From contig CALDGT010000155.1 in the NCBI GenBank assembly GCA_937942935.1, positions 1 through 25,369 of the forward strand: a DNA stretch of 25,369 nucleotides, given 5' to 3'. This document shows positions 14,340 to 24,350 of this stretch, one piece after another; the stretch's first letter is position 1; each line of letters starts with the position of its first letter. This DNA comes from an uncultured Chloroflexota bacterium. GTDB lineage: Bacteria; Chloroflexota; Anaerolineae; Aggregatilineales; Phototrophicaceae. The notes under the pieces were generated by a model. That model was not told the DNA's origin. It did not search any database and saw only the letters and a program-made list of their open reading frames with translations. The position numbers and the translations under genes were made by a program.

Positions 14340-17189
14340 CTAACGATTAGTTGATATTGCAAAAGATTGTTGCATTTCTAAGACGAGTACCTCAGACCGA
14401 ATGGGCAAGGTCAAATAGAAACTCGCACCCTGCCCCGCATCACTTTCTAGCCATAATTTGCCACCATGCGCCTCGACTAATTTCTTGGTGATGGGCAACC
14501 CTAAGCCTGTCCCGCCCGCATGTCGAATACCGTGTTCAGTTTGGCGGAATGGCTCAAAAATAATTTCTTGGTCATCGGGAGAAATGCCCGGTCCCGTATC
14601 TATCACCGCAAATAACAACTCTTCTTGGCGTTTTTTTACACTTAAGGTCACACTCCCTTTTTCTGTGAATTTGCAAGCATTAGAGAGCAAATTGAGCAAA
14701 ATTTGGCGAATCCGCCGTTTATCGCCAACAATAAGAGGCAAATCTGCGTCTACATCTTGTATGAGGGTGACAGGCTTGTCTTGTAACAATGTTTTGCCTG
14801 TGGCGATAATCGTATTGAGTTCATTAGTCAGGTCTATATTTTCTTCGATGAATAATTTCATCATGCCTGCCTCGATTTTGGTCATATCCAAGACATCGTT
14901 GATGAGTGAAAGTAAATGTTTTGCGCTATCCAAAGATTTGCCGAGTGCATCTTTTTGCTTATCATTCACCACACCCAACATCCCCAACGACACGAATTCG
15001 GTAAAATTGAGGATAGCATTTAGTGGGGTACGGAGTTCATGACTCATGCTCGCCAAAAATTGGCTTTTCATTTGGTCAACTGCCCGTAATTGGTCGGCAA
15101 TTTTGACTTGTTCATCATATAAACGTGAGCGTTCTAAGGCGGCGGCGACCAAATCACTCAAACCACGAATAAGGCGTTTATCGAATGGTGTAAAGTGATA
15201 CAGGGTTGGGCTTGAAAAATTCAACCGCCCAATGACCCGTTCCCCCAAAACACAATCGGCGATTAAAATAGATTGAATCCCAAATGATTTATAGAGTTCG
15301 GTATCGGCTTTGTTTTCAACGAAAGCGCTATTGGTATCTTCAATCAGGAGCATATGCTTTTCATAAGTTTCGGTGCGTAATAATGGGACGAGTGTATCGG
15401 TAGCATCTGATGTTTTTTCGCCCGGAATTAAGATGGCGACCACTGTCGCTTGTTTGGCAGTCTTAAAATCAAAATGGTCTGGGACTAACAGCGTGGTCAT
15501 AAAATCGAATGGACCAAACACATTGGCAAACGCATCTAAAATTTGGGTATATGTGACAGCACCGTTAATTTCTTGGCTTAACCGATAAAACATTTCGGTC
15601 TCTTTTTGGGCTTCCAAAACTTGTAAGGTCGCTCGGCGTGCGGTGATATTTTCTGCCAGCCGTGGAGAGAGCAACTCTATCATGGTGCGAAGGGATTCTG
15701 GAAAAATATGATAATCACGCCAATTGATGACCATGAAGGCTTCATGTCGTTCTTGGGTACGTAATGGGATGATAATCATCGCCGAAAAACCGACTTTATT
15801 GACCACATCCATTTCAATTTCGCCCAACAAATTGGTTTTATGCACATTCTCAATATACAGAGGAAAATCGGTATTCAAAATTTTATTGATGAGTGGAAAT
15901 TCTTCGGGCGTGTAATTGAGCAAGCGGTTAAATGTGCTAAGCGGGATATTTTCGCCTTTATCATTTTGAAGCGCAACTGTCCTCAACTGTGTTACTTCGC
16001 CATCCTCATAATCCACATACATCAAAGCAGTACGGGTGGGCATGTGTTGAACCAAGATGGCGCTAAATGCGACCAACAAATCATCTTCGCTTTGGGCGCT
16101 ATTCATTGCATCGCTAATATCTGCCAATAATTCTGCCTGAAAACGCGCATCTTCAATAGCACGGAGCGCCATAATTTTGTCTGTTACATCTCTGATGATG
16201 ATAAGTGTGCCAGACCGTTGATTCGCTTCATCTAAAATTTCGCTGGTGGTTAGTTCATAATAACTTTGTTTATCCCCATTCAAAATTTGTAATTCTTTTT
16301 GGATGCTATGTGTGGTGATATGGGGAGCTAACCATGATAAAACATCACTCAAAAATTTGCCGAGCGCGGCAATTTCACTAAAAAACATGGCTTGTGCGCG
16401 TGGATTAATATCTAAAATGCGCTGGTCATTATCTATGACAATGACTGCATCATTCATCGCCTGCAATACCCGTTCACGGGCAACTGGCACAAGACTAAAA
16501 AACCGATACCGAAAAAGCCCAATCGCCACAAAAATATTGCCAATACCAAATGTTATTGGTTGAAAATCGCGTTGACCATTGAGGGTTATATCAAAAATGA
16601 ACGAAAAACTGGTAAATAAGGGGATAATCAGACCGATAAGGATAAACCATAACTGTGTGCGGAGTAGGTCTTTCACTTTGCGATTATAATTGAGCAATAA
16701 AGTGACGCCCGCAAAACTGAGGGCATAGGAATACATAGCGAGTAACCCCAATGCCATCCCCAAATCATAATAGAGTGCATTAAATGGTGGGTACTCAAGC
16801 AGGCGATAGTCAATCGCTACCAAACCATGTAAATCGTTGGTAAATGCCAATATCGTGCCGACAATCGGAAAGATAGATAATCCAACAGCTAAAGCGACTA
16901 ATTGCTTATCGGTGATGGTCGTGGTATATGCTAAGGCAAATATCACTATCGAAACTGGCACTAAAAACGAACCAAGATATTGAAAATTATCCCAAAAAAT
17001 TTTGGCTTCTAGGGTCGGAGCAGACAGCTCAAAAATATAGCCCAACGTCCATTGAGCTTGACAAAAGGCATATATAGCAAAGGTGAATGTCCCTCGAATC
17101 TGCCGATTTTGAAAGGTATATACCCCAATCACGACAGAGATGATGAATGACAAAGCATAAAGTAAGATAGGTAAGCCAAATTCTAACAT
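14340..17189 (-). CDS. Sensor histidine kinase: HisKA_7TM-like N-terminus, PAS, two GAF-like domains, HisKA, HATPase_c
   Basis: Seven N-terminal TM helices (WTLGYIFEL...KIFWDNFQY). PAS (MNDAVIVIDNDQRILDINPRA...IIRDVT). H-box FLASMSHELRTPLN, N-box QILLNLLSNACKFT, G1 DTGPGI, F-box IFEPF, G2 GGTGLGL. No receiver domain. Confidence 0.95.
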   Translation of the reverse strand: MLEFGLPILLYALSFIISVVIGVYTFQNRQIRGTFTFAIYAFCQAQWTLGYIFELSAPTLEAKIFWDNFQYLGSFLVPVSIVIFALAYTTTITDKQLVALAVGLSIFPIVGTILAFTNDLHGLVAIDYRLLEYPPFNALYYDLGMALGLLAMYSYALSFAGVTLLLNYNRKVKDLLRTQLWFILIGLIIPLFTSFSFIFDITLNGQRDFQPITFGIGNIFVAIGLFRYRFFSLVPVARERVLQAMNDAVIVIDNDQRILDINPRAQAMFFSEIAALGKFLSDVLSWLAPHITTHSIQKELQILNGDKQSYYELTTSEILDEANQRSGTLIIIRDVTDKIMALRAIEDARFQAELLADISDAMNSAQSEDDLLVAFSAILVQHMPTRTALMYVDYEDGEVTQLRTVALQNDKGENIPLSTFNRLLNYTPEEFPLINKILNTDFPLYIENVHKTNLLGEIEMDVVNKVGFSAMIIIPLRTQERHEAFMVINWRDYHIFPESLRTMIELLSPRLAENITARRATLQVLEAQKETEMFYRLSQEINGAVTYTQILDAFANVFGPFDFMTTLLVPDHFDFKTAKQATVVAILIPGEKTSDATDTLVPLLRTETYEKHMLLIEDTNSAFVENKADTELYKSFGIQSILIADCVLGERVIGRLNFSSPTLYHFTPFDKRLIRGLSDLVAAALERSRLYDEQVKIADQLRAVDQMKSQFLASMSHELRTPLNAILNFTEFVSLGMLGVVNDKQKDALGKSLDSAKHLLSLINDVLDMTKIEAGMMKLFIEENIDLTNELNTIIATGKTLLQDKPVTLIQDVDADLPLIVGDKRRIRQILLNLLSNACKFTEKGSVTLSVKKRQEELLFAVIDTGPGISPDDQEIIFEPFRQTEHGIRHAGGTGLGLPITKKLVEAHGGKLWLESDAGQGASFYLTLPIRSEVLVLEMQQSFAISTNR

Positions 17190-17281
17190 GGTAATCCCTA
17201 TGGTGTGTTGATTTTACATATTGTATGGTGAATGGTGATATGAATGTAACTGCCTGAGTAGAGAGTTTTTTGATGCGATAT

Positions 17282-17301
17282 ACCTGTCTAATTGGACAGG
17301 T
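17282..17301. promoter_or_regulatory. 20-bp near-perfect palindrome, putative LuxR/NarL-family operator
   Basis: ACCTGTCTAATTGGACAGGT has one mismatched pair and lies 92 nt upstream of the kinase start. There is no U-tract after it on the minus strand. Confidence 0.5.
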
Positions 17302-17325
17302 TAAAACAATTATCTCTATGGCTTG

Positions 17326-17967
17326 TCAAACGAGATTATTTTTTGCCGCCAAGACAATTGCTTCTGAACGTGTGGTGACACCCATTTTTTCGAGGATATT
17401 ATTGATATGAAATTTGACTGTAGATTGACTGATAATTAACTTGTCGGCAATTTCGGGGTTATTCTCACCTTTTGCCATCAGGCGCAACACTTCTAACTCG
17501 CGCGTGGTCAAATCAAAATTGCGTACAACAAGATTTTCTTGGGTTGACTTGAGCAAAACAGATGTAATTTCTGCGGAAAAGACCGATGCACCTGTCATAG
17601 CAGTGCGAATGGCGCTAATCAAATCGCCAGAGAGTGACCCCTTGACCACATATCCTATCGCCCCGCTATCGAGCATTGCCCGCACACTATCATCATCCTG
17701 AAAACTCGATAAAACCAACACCTTAACATCCTTAAAATGTTCATGGATTTTGCGCGTGGCTTCGATGCCATCAATATGAGGCATCACAACATCCATCAAA
17801 ATCAAATCGGGGAGCAATTCTTCACATAGGCGCAATGCCTCTAACCCATTATTCGCTTGCCCTATCAATTCTATATCGGGGGCAATCTTGAGGATGGTCG
17901 TCACAGCTTGATGAACCCAAATATGGTCATCAACCAGTAAAATGCGAATTTTGGATTGTTTTGTCAT
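17326..17967 (-). CDS. NarL/LuxR-family DNA-binding response regulator
   Basis: REC domain (ILLVDDH, ILMDVVMP, VLSS, YVVKG) plus a LuxR-type HTH (LTTRELEVLRLMAKGENNPEIADKLIISQSTVKFHINNILEKMGV). Confidence 0.95.
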   Translation of the reverse strand: MTKQSKIRILLVDDHIWVHQAVTTILKIAPDIELIGQANNGLEALRLCEELLPDLILMDVVMPHIDGIEATRKIHEHFKDVKVLVLSSFQDDDSVRAMLDSGAIGYVVKGSLSGDLISAIRTAMTGASVFSAEITSVLLKSTQENLVVRNFDLTTRELEVLRLMAKGENNPEIADKLIISQSTVKFHINNILEKMGVTTRSEAIVLAAKNNLV

Positions 17968-18073
17968 GTGTAATATTTACTCGCATCAGAAATCCTATTG
18001 CATCCATTATATCCCAAACCGATAATAATGTGCTTGAACTGTTAAATTAGACGAAAGAATGAGGAATTTTTTC

Positions 18074-19033
18074 ATGAGTAAACACATTCTGGTCACAGGC
18101 GGGGCGGGTTTTATTGGCAGTCATATCACCGACTTGCTCATCGAAAAAGGCTACCGTGTGACCGTATTCGATAATGAAAGCACAGGCAATCGTGACTTTG
18201 TGAACCCTAAAGCCACATTTATTCACGGAGATGTGCGTGATGAATCTGCGTTAGCAGAGGTCTTCAAAACAGGGATTGATGTCGTATTGCACATCGCAGG
18301 ACAAGCCTCTATCCGTTTGTCATTTATGCACCCTGAAGCTGATTTGAATGTGAACACATTGGGGACAATTAATGTCATCAAGCAATGTATTGCACACAAA
18401 GTCCCGCGCTTGCTGTTTGCCAGTTCAATGACAATTTATGGCACACCTCAAATTGCCCCCACCCCAGAAACGGCTTATCCCGCCCCTGTATCGTATTATG
18501 GGGTGACAAAATATGCCGCCGAGCGATATGCTCATATCACTGCAACGCGCAAAGATTTAGATTTTGAATTCAATGTGACCTCTTTCCGCATGTTTAATGT
18601 TTATGGGGAACGCCAAAGCCTAACCAATGCGTATCAGGGGGTATTTGCCATTTTTATGGGAAATGTCTTGCGGGGTGAGCCGATTAATATTCATTCTGAT
18701 GGCGAACAATCCCGCGATTTTGTGCATGTGCGTGATGTCGCCCGCGCATGGGTTGAAGCGATAGATAATCCCAGAAGTTATGGTGAGGTGATTAACATCG
18801 GCACAGGTCGCCCGATTAGTGTCAATCGGTTATGCGATTTAGTCTTAGATGCGTTTGGATATTCCCGCGAGACTTATACCGTCAAACATCATCCCGCCCA
18901 ACCGGGTGATATTCGTGTGTCATCTGCCGATGTGGATAAAGCCAAGACATTACTCGATTGGCAACCCACCATCGTGTTTGAGGATGGCATGAAAGAGACC
19001 ATTTTATGGGCAAAAGGGGTTATGCAAAAATAA
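18074..19033 (+). CDS. NAD-dependent epimerase/dehydratase (extended SDR, GalE/WcaG-like)
   Basis: ILVTGGAGFIGS, HIAGQAS, FASS, catalytic YGVTK (YxxxK), FRMFNVYG, SRDFVHVRDVA. Start moved to ATG 18074 (GAGGA SD at 18061-18065). Substrate not determinable. Confidence 0.92.
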   Translation: MSKHILVTGGAGFIGSHITDLLIEKGYRVTVFDNESTGNRDFVNPKATFIHGDVRDESALAEVFKTGIDVVLHIAGQASIRLSFMHPEADLNVNTLGTINVIKQCIAHKVPRLLFASSMTIYGTPQIAPTPETAYPAPVSYYGVTKYAAERYAHITATRKDLDFEFNVTSFRMFNVYGERQSLTNAYQGVFAIFMGNVLRGEPINIHSDGEQSRDFVHVRDVARAWVEAIDNPRSYGEVINIGTGRPISVNRLCDLVLDAFGYSRETYTVKHHPAQPGDIRVSSADVDKAKTLLDWQPTIVFEDGMKETILWAKGVMQK

Positions 19034-19037
19034 ATGC

Positions 19038-19064
19038 GGATGTGGCGGATTTTCCGCCATGTCC
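19038..19064. terminator. Hairpin between convergent genes (likely bidirectional terminator)
   Basis: GGATGTGGCGGA-TTT-TCCGCCATGTCC forms a 12-bp stem with two G:U pairs between the stops at 19033 and 19065. Confidence 0.65.
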
Positions 19065-20384
19065 TTATCGCCACACCGCAAATTGATACACACTATAGCT
19101 GGCAGGAAACAGTGACCAACCTGCCCGTCCGCGTGGTGGATGTGCATTGAGGGCGCGAATTCTGCCATAGCGGTCTATACTTTGCCATGTGAGCATGGTT
19201 TCATCTTCTAGCCACACATACGAAAAGACATCGAGTGCCAATACTTGGGGATAATCAGTTTGAGAGAGAATATCGGCTAAATTTACCATCACAACATCGC
19301 GTCCATAGCGTAGGCGTTCTGTCCGATTCACCTGATAGGTCATCATCGGACTAGTCCCCACCCAACGCGGATTTCGACCATCAAAGATAACCTCATGCCC
19401 CTCTGTGCCATCCCGACTCGCTACATAAATCGGCGCGAATCGGTCTGCCTGATTCACATCCGTTTGGATGAGCAACCAGTCTTCATCACCCGACCAGCGC
19501 AAATCTACCGCCGTATTGATGGGATAACGGTCTGTGCCGATGCGATACGCCTGATTTTTGGCGAAATCCCATGTATAAACCGATGAAAAACCGCCCTGCT
19601 GGGCAATCGTTGCAATCCATTCCCCACTCGGCGACCAATACCCCACCCCTGCCTGAATATCACTCAAAATGGGCGTCGTGGTACGGGCAGATACATCATA
19701 AATCAATAATTGATTTTGGGCGGTCAACGCCAATTTATCCCCAGTTGGCGACCAACGCATGGCACTATATTCCAGAGCGATGCTAGGGCGCGAAAATTGG
19801 CGTGTTTCGATGTTGATAATGACCACCGCGCCATCATCAATGAGGCTCACAAATTGTCCATTTGGCGACCATGTATATTGAACTAATCCGAGTATGGTCG
19901 GCTCATATAATCGGGTCACACGATTATTTTGTATATCCCACAAATGAAGCCCATTCAATTCGGTCGAGGTGGTGATTGGGCTACAGTGAAAAGTAACATA
20001 ACGGCTATCTGGCGACCAGCGAATCATATCACGCGGGGGAGCGCATAAATCGTAACTGATAGGAAAGAGGGTGAGGGTATACATGGTTAAATCGAGGGCA
20101 AAAAATGCGATTTGAGCGCCATTGTCATCTGTGACGAGCGCAGACTGACCATCTGGGGAAAAAATGAGTTGCCAATCGGTCTCGAATGGCGCAGATTGCA
20201 CCACATATAAGCGCCTGTTTATATCGGCAACGCCAAATGAGCGATTTTCATCGCGTAGGTGAGTCAAATATCCAACCACGCGGGTGGTTGGGATAGTTGT
20301 GCCAATCAGCACCGCCACAAGACAAATAACCGCGCTCACCGCGCTAATAAAGATACCTAACCGTAAAATGATTTTCGTTATCAT
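19065..20384 (-). CDS. Membrane-anchored PD40/TolB-like beta-propeller protein (last copy of the array)
   Basis: N-terminal TM helix then G.TIPT. Eight W/F-SPD-type blade motifs (FSPDGQ, WSPDSR, WSPNGQ, WSPTGD, WSPSGE, WSGDED, WVGTSP, WLEDET). Confidence 0.85.
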   Translation of the reverse strand: MITKIILRLGIFISAVSAVICLVAVLIGTTIPTTRVVGYLTHLRDENRSFGVADINRRLYVVQSAPFETDWQLIFSPDGQSALVTDDNGAQIAFFALDLTMYTLTLFPISYDLCAPPRDMIRWSPDSRYVTFHCSPITTSTELNGLHLWDIQNNRVTRLYEPTILGLVQYTWSPNGQFVSLIDDGAVVIINIETRQFSRPSIALEYSAMRWSPTGDKLALTAQNQLLIYDVSARTTTPILSDIQAGVGYWSPSGEWIATIAQQGGFSSVYTWDFAKNQAYRIGTDRYPINTAVDLRWSGDEDWLLIQTDVNQADRFAPIYVASRDGTEGHEVIFDGRNPRWVGTSPMMTYQVNRTERLRYGRDVVMVNLADILSQTDYPQVLALDVFSYVWLEDETMLTWQSIDRYGRIRALNAHPPRGRAGWSLFPASYSVYQFAVWR

Positions 20385-21685
20385 CGCACAAACTCAAATG
20401 CGCTCACTGCTTGGAGACCGCGTGTCACCGAATATAAGGATTTTTGGGATGAATAAAAATTAAAATGCCCAAATGGATGATTATTGAGGATGAATCCCCA
20501 ACCGCCTTCATCTGGCAACCATCGGATATTATGAATCAGTTTACCAGAAGTGATAATGTTTTGGCGAAATTGAGTGAGCGATTCGTCCCATGTGGCAATG
20601 CCAAAATAAGTTGTATCCATTATGTCATTTCTGATAGAGTATGCCACTTGTTGGCTATCAGATGACCATTGCGGATAAGCATACGCACCATCTACCAGCA
20701 ATATCAATTCAGAATGTGTGGGTGGTGAGACATAATAAGCAATATCGGGGGTGGATGTTGCCATATTCGACAATACCCCAAATGTCACCCAACGACTATT
20801 CGGCGACCATGTAGTAGCAGTAGCAGACACGGGTTTATCTTCAAATGGGGTTAATAACACCAATTCGGAGGTAGTAAGGTTGAATGTATATGCCAGTGAC
20901 CCCGAAACAAATGCGAGCCATTCTCCGTTGGGGGATACCTCTGGGGTTTGCGAAATCATCATGTCATCAATCAAAACCGCTTGCGACTGAGTGGCAAAAT
21001 GATACCGTTCAATCGAATTTAGGCTCATCATCAACACCGATTCGCCATCCCCTTCCCACGCGATAAATCGGTAGTATTGGTCTATTGGGCTGATTCGTTG
21101 CTCATTTTCGCCTGTGATGTCCACAATCCGCACCGAATTTTGGACATCCAGCGCCACACGGCGCATATCTGGCGACCAATTTTTGTCATCTACAAATTGT
21201 GTTTGAGAATAGAATAGGTGAACATTGCCTGTCTCAAAATCGAGTACATAAACCCCGCCCATCAGACCACCCTGAATATTGGTACGGCACGAGAAGGTGA
21301 TATGACGGTTATCTGTTACCCAATGTTCGCCAATCACATCACAATTTGGGAAGGTATCGGCTAAATGCACCATGCGCCCTGTAAAAATATCCCACACCGA
21401 AAATGTCGTTTCGGCATTGGTGACGGTTGCTAAGATGACACGATGACCATCGCCAGATAAATGAACAAAGCCAATTTGTGAAACAGGTAACTGAATGGGG
21501 ATATGCACCCGCCGATTCATATCGAATAGGGTGATATAATCTGCCCGCGCAAATTTGAGTGTGACCAACTGAGTCGGAATTATTTTGCCAAGCGCCAGCG
21601 CCGCCACACATAAAATCATCATCGGCATTATCATCAAGCAGATAAACCGTATTATCAGGCGGGTCTGTAAAAGAGGCGTATTCAT
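20381..21685 (-). CDS. Membrane-anchored PD40/TolB-like beta-propeller protein
   Basis: TM helix plus GKIIPTQ. Eight blades (LSGDGH, WVTDNR, WSPDMR, WEGDGE, VSPNGE, WSPNSR, WSSDSQ, WLPDEG). ATGA overlap with the next gene. Confidence 0.85.
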   Translation of the reverse strand: MNTPLLQTRLIIRFICLMIMPMMILCVAALALGKIIPTQLVTLKFARADYITLFDMNRRVHIPIQLPVSQIGFVHLSGDGHRVILATVTNAETTFSVWDIFTGRMVHLADTFPNCDVIGEHWVTDNRHITFSCRTNIQGGLMGGVYVLDFETGNVHLFYSQTQFVDDKNWSPDMRRVALDVQNSVRIVDITGENEQRISPIDQYYRFIAWEGDGESVLMMSLNSIERYHFATQSQAVLIDDMMISQTPEVSPNGEWLAFVSGSLAYTFNLTTSELVLLTPFEDKPVSATATTWSPNSRWVTFGVLSNMATSTPDIAYYVSPPTHSELILLVDGAYAYPQWSSDSQQVAYSIRNDIMDTTYFGIATWDESLTQFRQNIITSGKLIHNIRWLPDEGGWGFILNNHPFGHFNFYSSQKSLYSVTRGLQAVSAFEFVR

Positions 21686-23034
21686 CGCACAAATTCAAAT
21701 AGATTCACATGAATAAGCTCATCCAGCAAGAAAACAACATCTTCTGCCCCGCGCAAATATGCCAATAGGGTATCGTATGGTTTACGTGGTTGTGTTGTGA
21801 TAAACGCTAACGCCTCATTATTTGGCGACCAGCGCATATAATCTGATTCCCATTTTAATTCATGTGGGGTTGTTGGTGACTCTAATGAGACCATTCTCAA
21901 TGATTTGCTCTGTGAATAAAGGCTATAAGCAAATTGGGTGCTATCGGATGCCCATAATACGTCATAAAGCAAAATATCTGTCAAAAAGGTGGCATCTGTC
22001 CCATCTGGGCGTATCAGATGGGATTGTGGTTGGTTTTGTTTTTGGGCAGAAATCACAATCCATTCGCTGTTCGGAGACCACCAAAACCGAGTCCAAATCG
22101 AATTGGGTATATCATCCGATTCAAACGAAGCCAATTCTAAATGGGTTGTTTGATGTGTCGGCAGGTGAACGGTATAGGTTTCGCCAATTTTCGTATCTGA
22201 GAAAAATAAAATCACCCATTCCCCATTCGGCGAAAATATCATATAAGTTCCAAACGGGTCTGAATAAGCATTGACTTCTGTGCTGATAATGTCCCATGTT
22301 TGGGTGCCGATGTCATAACGGGCTAAGGTATTTTTGGAGAGTGTCAACAAAGACCGATTATCAGGATGCCATCTCATGAGAAAGGGGTCTGGTGGTGGGG
22401 TTAATTCAACCGTCTTGGCTTCATCTACATAGCGCATCACCAAACTGCCCTTTTCTAAATCTAAATTGGCAACCATACGCCCATCATTGGTTGTTTGGGT
22501 CAAGGTGGCAGGGCGCTTGCCCATGTTAAAATTATTATAGGTGCCGATAAATCGTATTTCATTGGTCTCAAAATTGAACATATAGGAGTCGGTTTGATTC
22601 GATTCAGAACATCCAAAATAAACCAACTGATTATTATTGAGTGTAGATTGATAACTCGCTTTTGCCGATTCTGCACAAATACCCTGCGGTAACTGAATCA
22701 CCCGCCCACCCAATATATCCCAAATCACCGAATGTTCCGAATCATCTTCTTGTTGATAATCTACTTTGGCAAACTGCCCATTCGAGGAGAAAGAGACCAT
22801 CAAAATTCTATCTGGTGAGACATTGATAGGATAATCGAAAAACATAAATTGATTGCTATAGGCTTCTAAAAGTGCCAACTGGCGCTTTTCTGAACTTGCG
22901 ATAACCACATCGGCGACAATCAATTGGGTGGGGATAAATGAAGCCAAATAGAGTGTGATAACCGCCATGATAGCCATCATAAAACTCATCAAAATCGTTA
23001 GTCTCATAATCAAGCGGATTTGAAAGTTCATCAT
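21682..23034 (-). CDS. Membrane-anchored PD40/TolB-like beta-propeller protein
   Basis: TM helix plus SFIPTQ. Blades FSSNGQ, two degenerate ones, WHPDNR, FSPNGE, WSPNSE, WASDST, WSPNNE. ATGA overlap. Confidence 0.85.
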   Translation of the reverse strand: MMNFQIRLIMRLTILMSFMMAIMAVITLYLASFIPTQLIVADVVIASSEKRQLALLEAYSNQFMFFDYPINVSPDRILMVSFSSNGQFAKVDYQQEDDSEHSVIWDILGGRVIQLPQGICAESAKASYQSTLNNNQLVYFGCSESNQTDSYMFNFETNEIRFIGTYNNFNMGKRPATLTQTTNDGRMVANLDLEKGSLVMRYVDEAKTVELTPPPDPFLMRWHPDNRSLLTLSKNTLARYDIGTQTWDIISTEVNAYSDPFGTYMIFSPNGEWVILFFSDTKIGETYTVHLPTHQTTHLELASFESDDIPNSIWTRFWWSPNSEWIVISAQKQNQPQSHLIRPDGTDATFLTDILLYDVLWASDSTQFAYSLYSQSKSLRMVSLESPTTPHELKWESDYMRWSPNNEALAFITTQPRKPYDTLLAYLRGAEDVVFLLDELIHVNLFEFVR

Positions 23035-24350
23035 CTCTCCAGAAAGTGATATTCCACAACTAAATTGGGTGGATAACTGATTCGGTGAATTTCTCCTGTA
23101 GCTATATCGAAATAGGCAAGATACGACTTCATAGTATCTTTATCTTGTGCCACAACAAAGCCTAATTTATCGGGGGTTAGCCATTGTTCCGCGAAAATAA
23201 GTTGTTCAATCACCTTAAATACGGTAAATTGCGCCTTAGCTTCATCCCACCGCCAAATATGCAAATAGCCCGTGGAATCTTCACTAAAGGTTATCCATTG
23301 GCTATCGGATGACCACTTAGCAAGCCGTTGATTAAATTGCATATTCGTGCGATGCAATAACACAAATTCAGATTTATCTGGTCTGGTGAGATAATAAACC
23401 CGTTCCCCACGGCTATACCCAATCATGATGAGCCACTGGCTATCTGGCGACCATACTAATGATTCCGGTTGTATCACATCATCCCCAAAAACCGATAAAT
23501 CATATACTGTGGCGGTTGGCAAATGTAGGATATGTGGTTTGGGATTGCTCAAGCCGAGTGATAATGAAAGCCATTGGTTATCAGGGGAGATTTTCATCGG
23601 CTGATAATTACTAATATTCAACTCTTCTGCCAAAATCTCTAATGTGTTTGTCGGAAGGGTGTATCGCTGAATATTTTTAACCCCTTGAATGAGCAATGAT
23701 TGGCTATCCGATTCCCACCCGATAAAACTCGCCCACATATTCGGCGGGGTGACAGGTTGCTCGTAGCTCCTATCTAAACTCGCTACACTCATACTGACTC
23801 TACCGGTAATCACAACATATTGACCATCTGGTGACATCATATCCATCATAATGAGAGGGGTAACGATAGATTGGCGTGTTTCAAAATCAAAAAAATAAGT
23901 GCCTTGTGTTAATCCGCCATAGCAAGTATAGGCAACGCGCCGACTATCGGGCAACCAAGTTGGTTGAAACATATCACAAGGTGGAATCTCGGCAAAATCG
24001 CCAGAAAAAATATCCCATACAAAGGAACTTCTGGGCGCATCTAAATTGGGACTCATTAGACCATAAATCAATAACACACGCCGACCATCTGGCGAGAGAC
24101 TTATAACAGGAGCATTGCCTTGTTCGGGCAATTGAACATAAGAGGTGGGGATATGAATCGGTAAATTGCGATTCATATCGAAAATGGTTATCCGTGATAT
24201 ATTTTGTGTTGGCAAATATGTGATAGCAGAGACCCATTGTGTTGGGTTGGCAGTGCCGATAGCGAGTGCAATTAAACAAAATAATCCAATAGGAAATAAG
24301 ATGAACATCATCAAGCGAATTACAATGCGTGTTTGTATGAGCATTTTCAC
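23031..24350 (-). CDS. Membrane-anchored PD40/TolB-like beta-propeller protein
   Basis: TM helix plus GTANPTQ. Eight blades (LSPDGR, WLPDSR, MSPDGQ, WESDSQ, ISPDNQ, WSPDSQ, WSSDSQ, WLTPDK). GTG start overlapping the upstream TGA. Confidence 0.85.
   Translation of the reverse strand: MKMLIQTRIVIRLMMFILFPIGLFCLIALAIGTANPTQWVSAITYLPTQNISRITIFDMNRNLPIHIPTSYVQLPEQGNAPVISLSPDGRRVLLIYGLMSPNLDAPRSSFVWDIFSGDFAEIPPCDMFQPTWLPDSRRVAYTCYGGLTQGTYFFDFETRQSIVTPLIMMDMMSPDGQYVVITGRVSMSVASLDRSYEQPVTPPNMWASFIGWESDSQSLLIQGVKNIQRYTLPTNTLEILAEELNISNYQPMKISPDNQWLSLSLGLSNPKPHILHLPTATVYDLSVFGDDVIQPESLVWSPDSQWLIMIGYSRGERVYYLTRPDKSEFVLLHRTNMQFNQRLAKWSSDSQWITFSEDSTGYLHIWRWDEAKAQFTVFKVIEQLIFAEQWLTPDKLGFVVAQDKDTMKSYLAYFDIATGEIHRISYPPNLVVEYHFLER

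Noticed and set aside
17968-18073. Divergent promoters for the NarL regulator and the epimerase
   Set aside because: A TATAAT exists on the minus strand (18011-18006), but there is no correctly spaced -35 or TG extension, so it is too weak to call.
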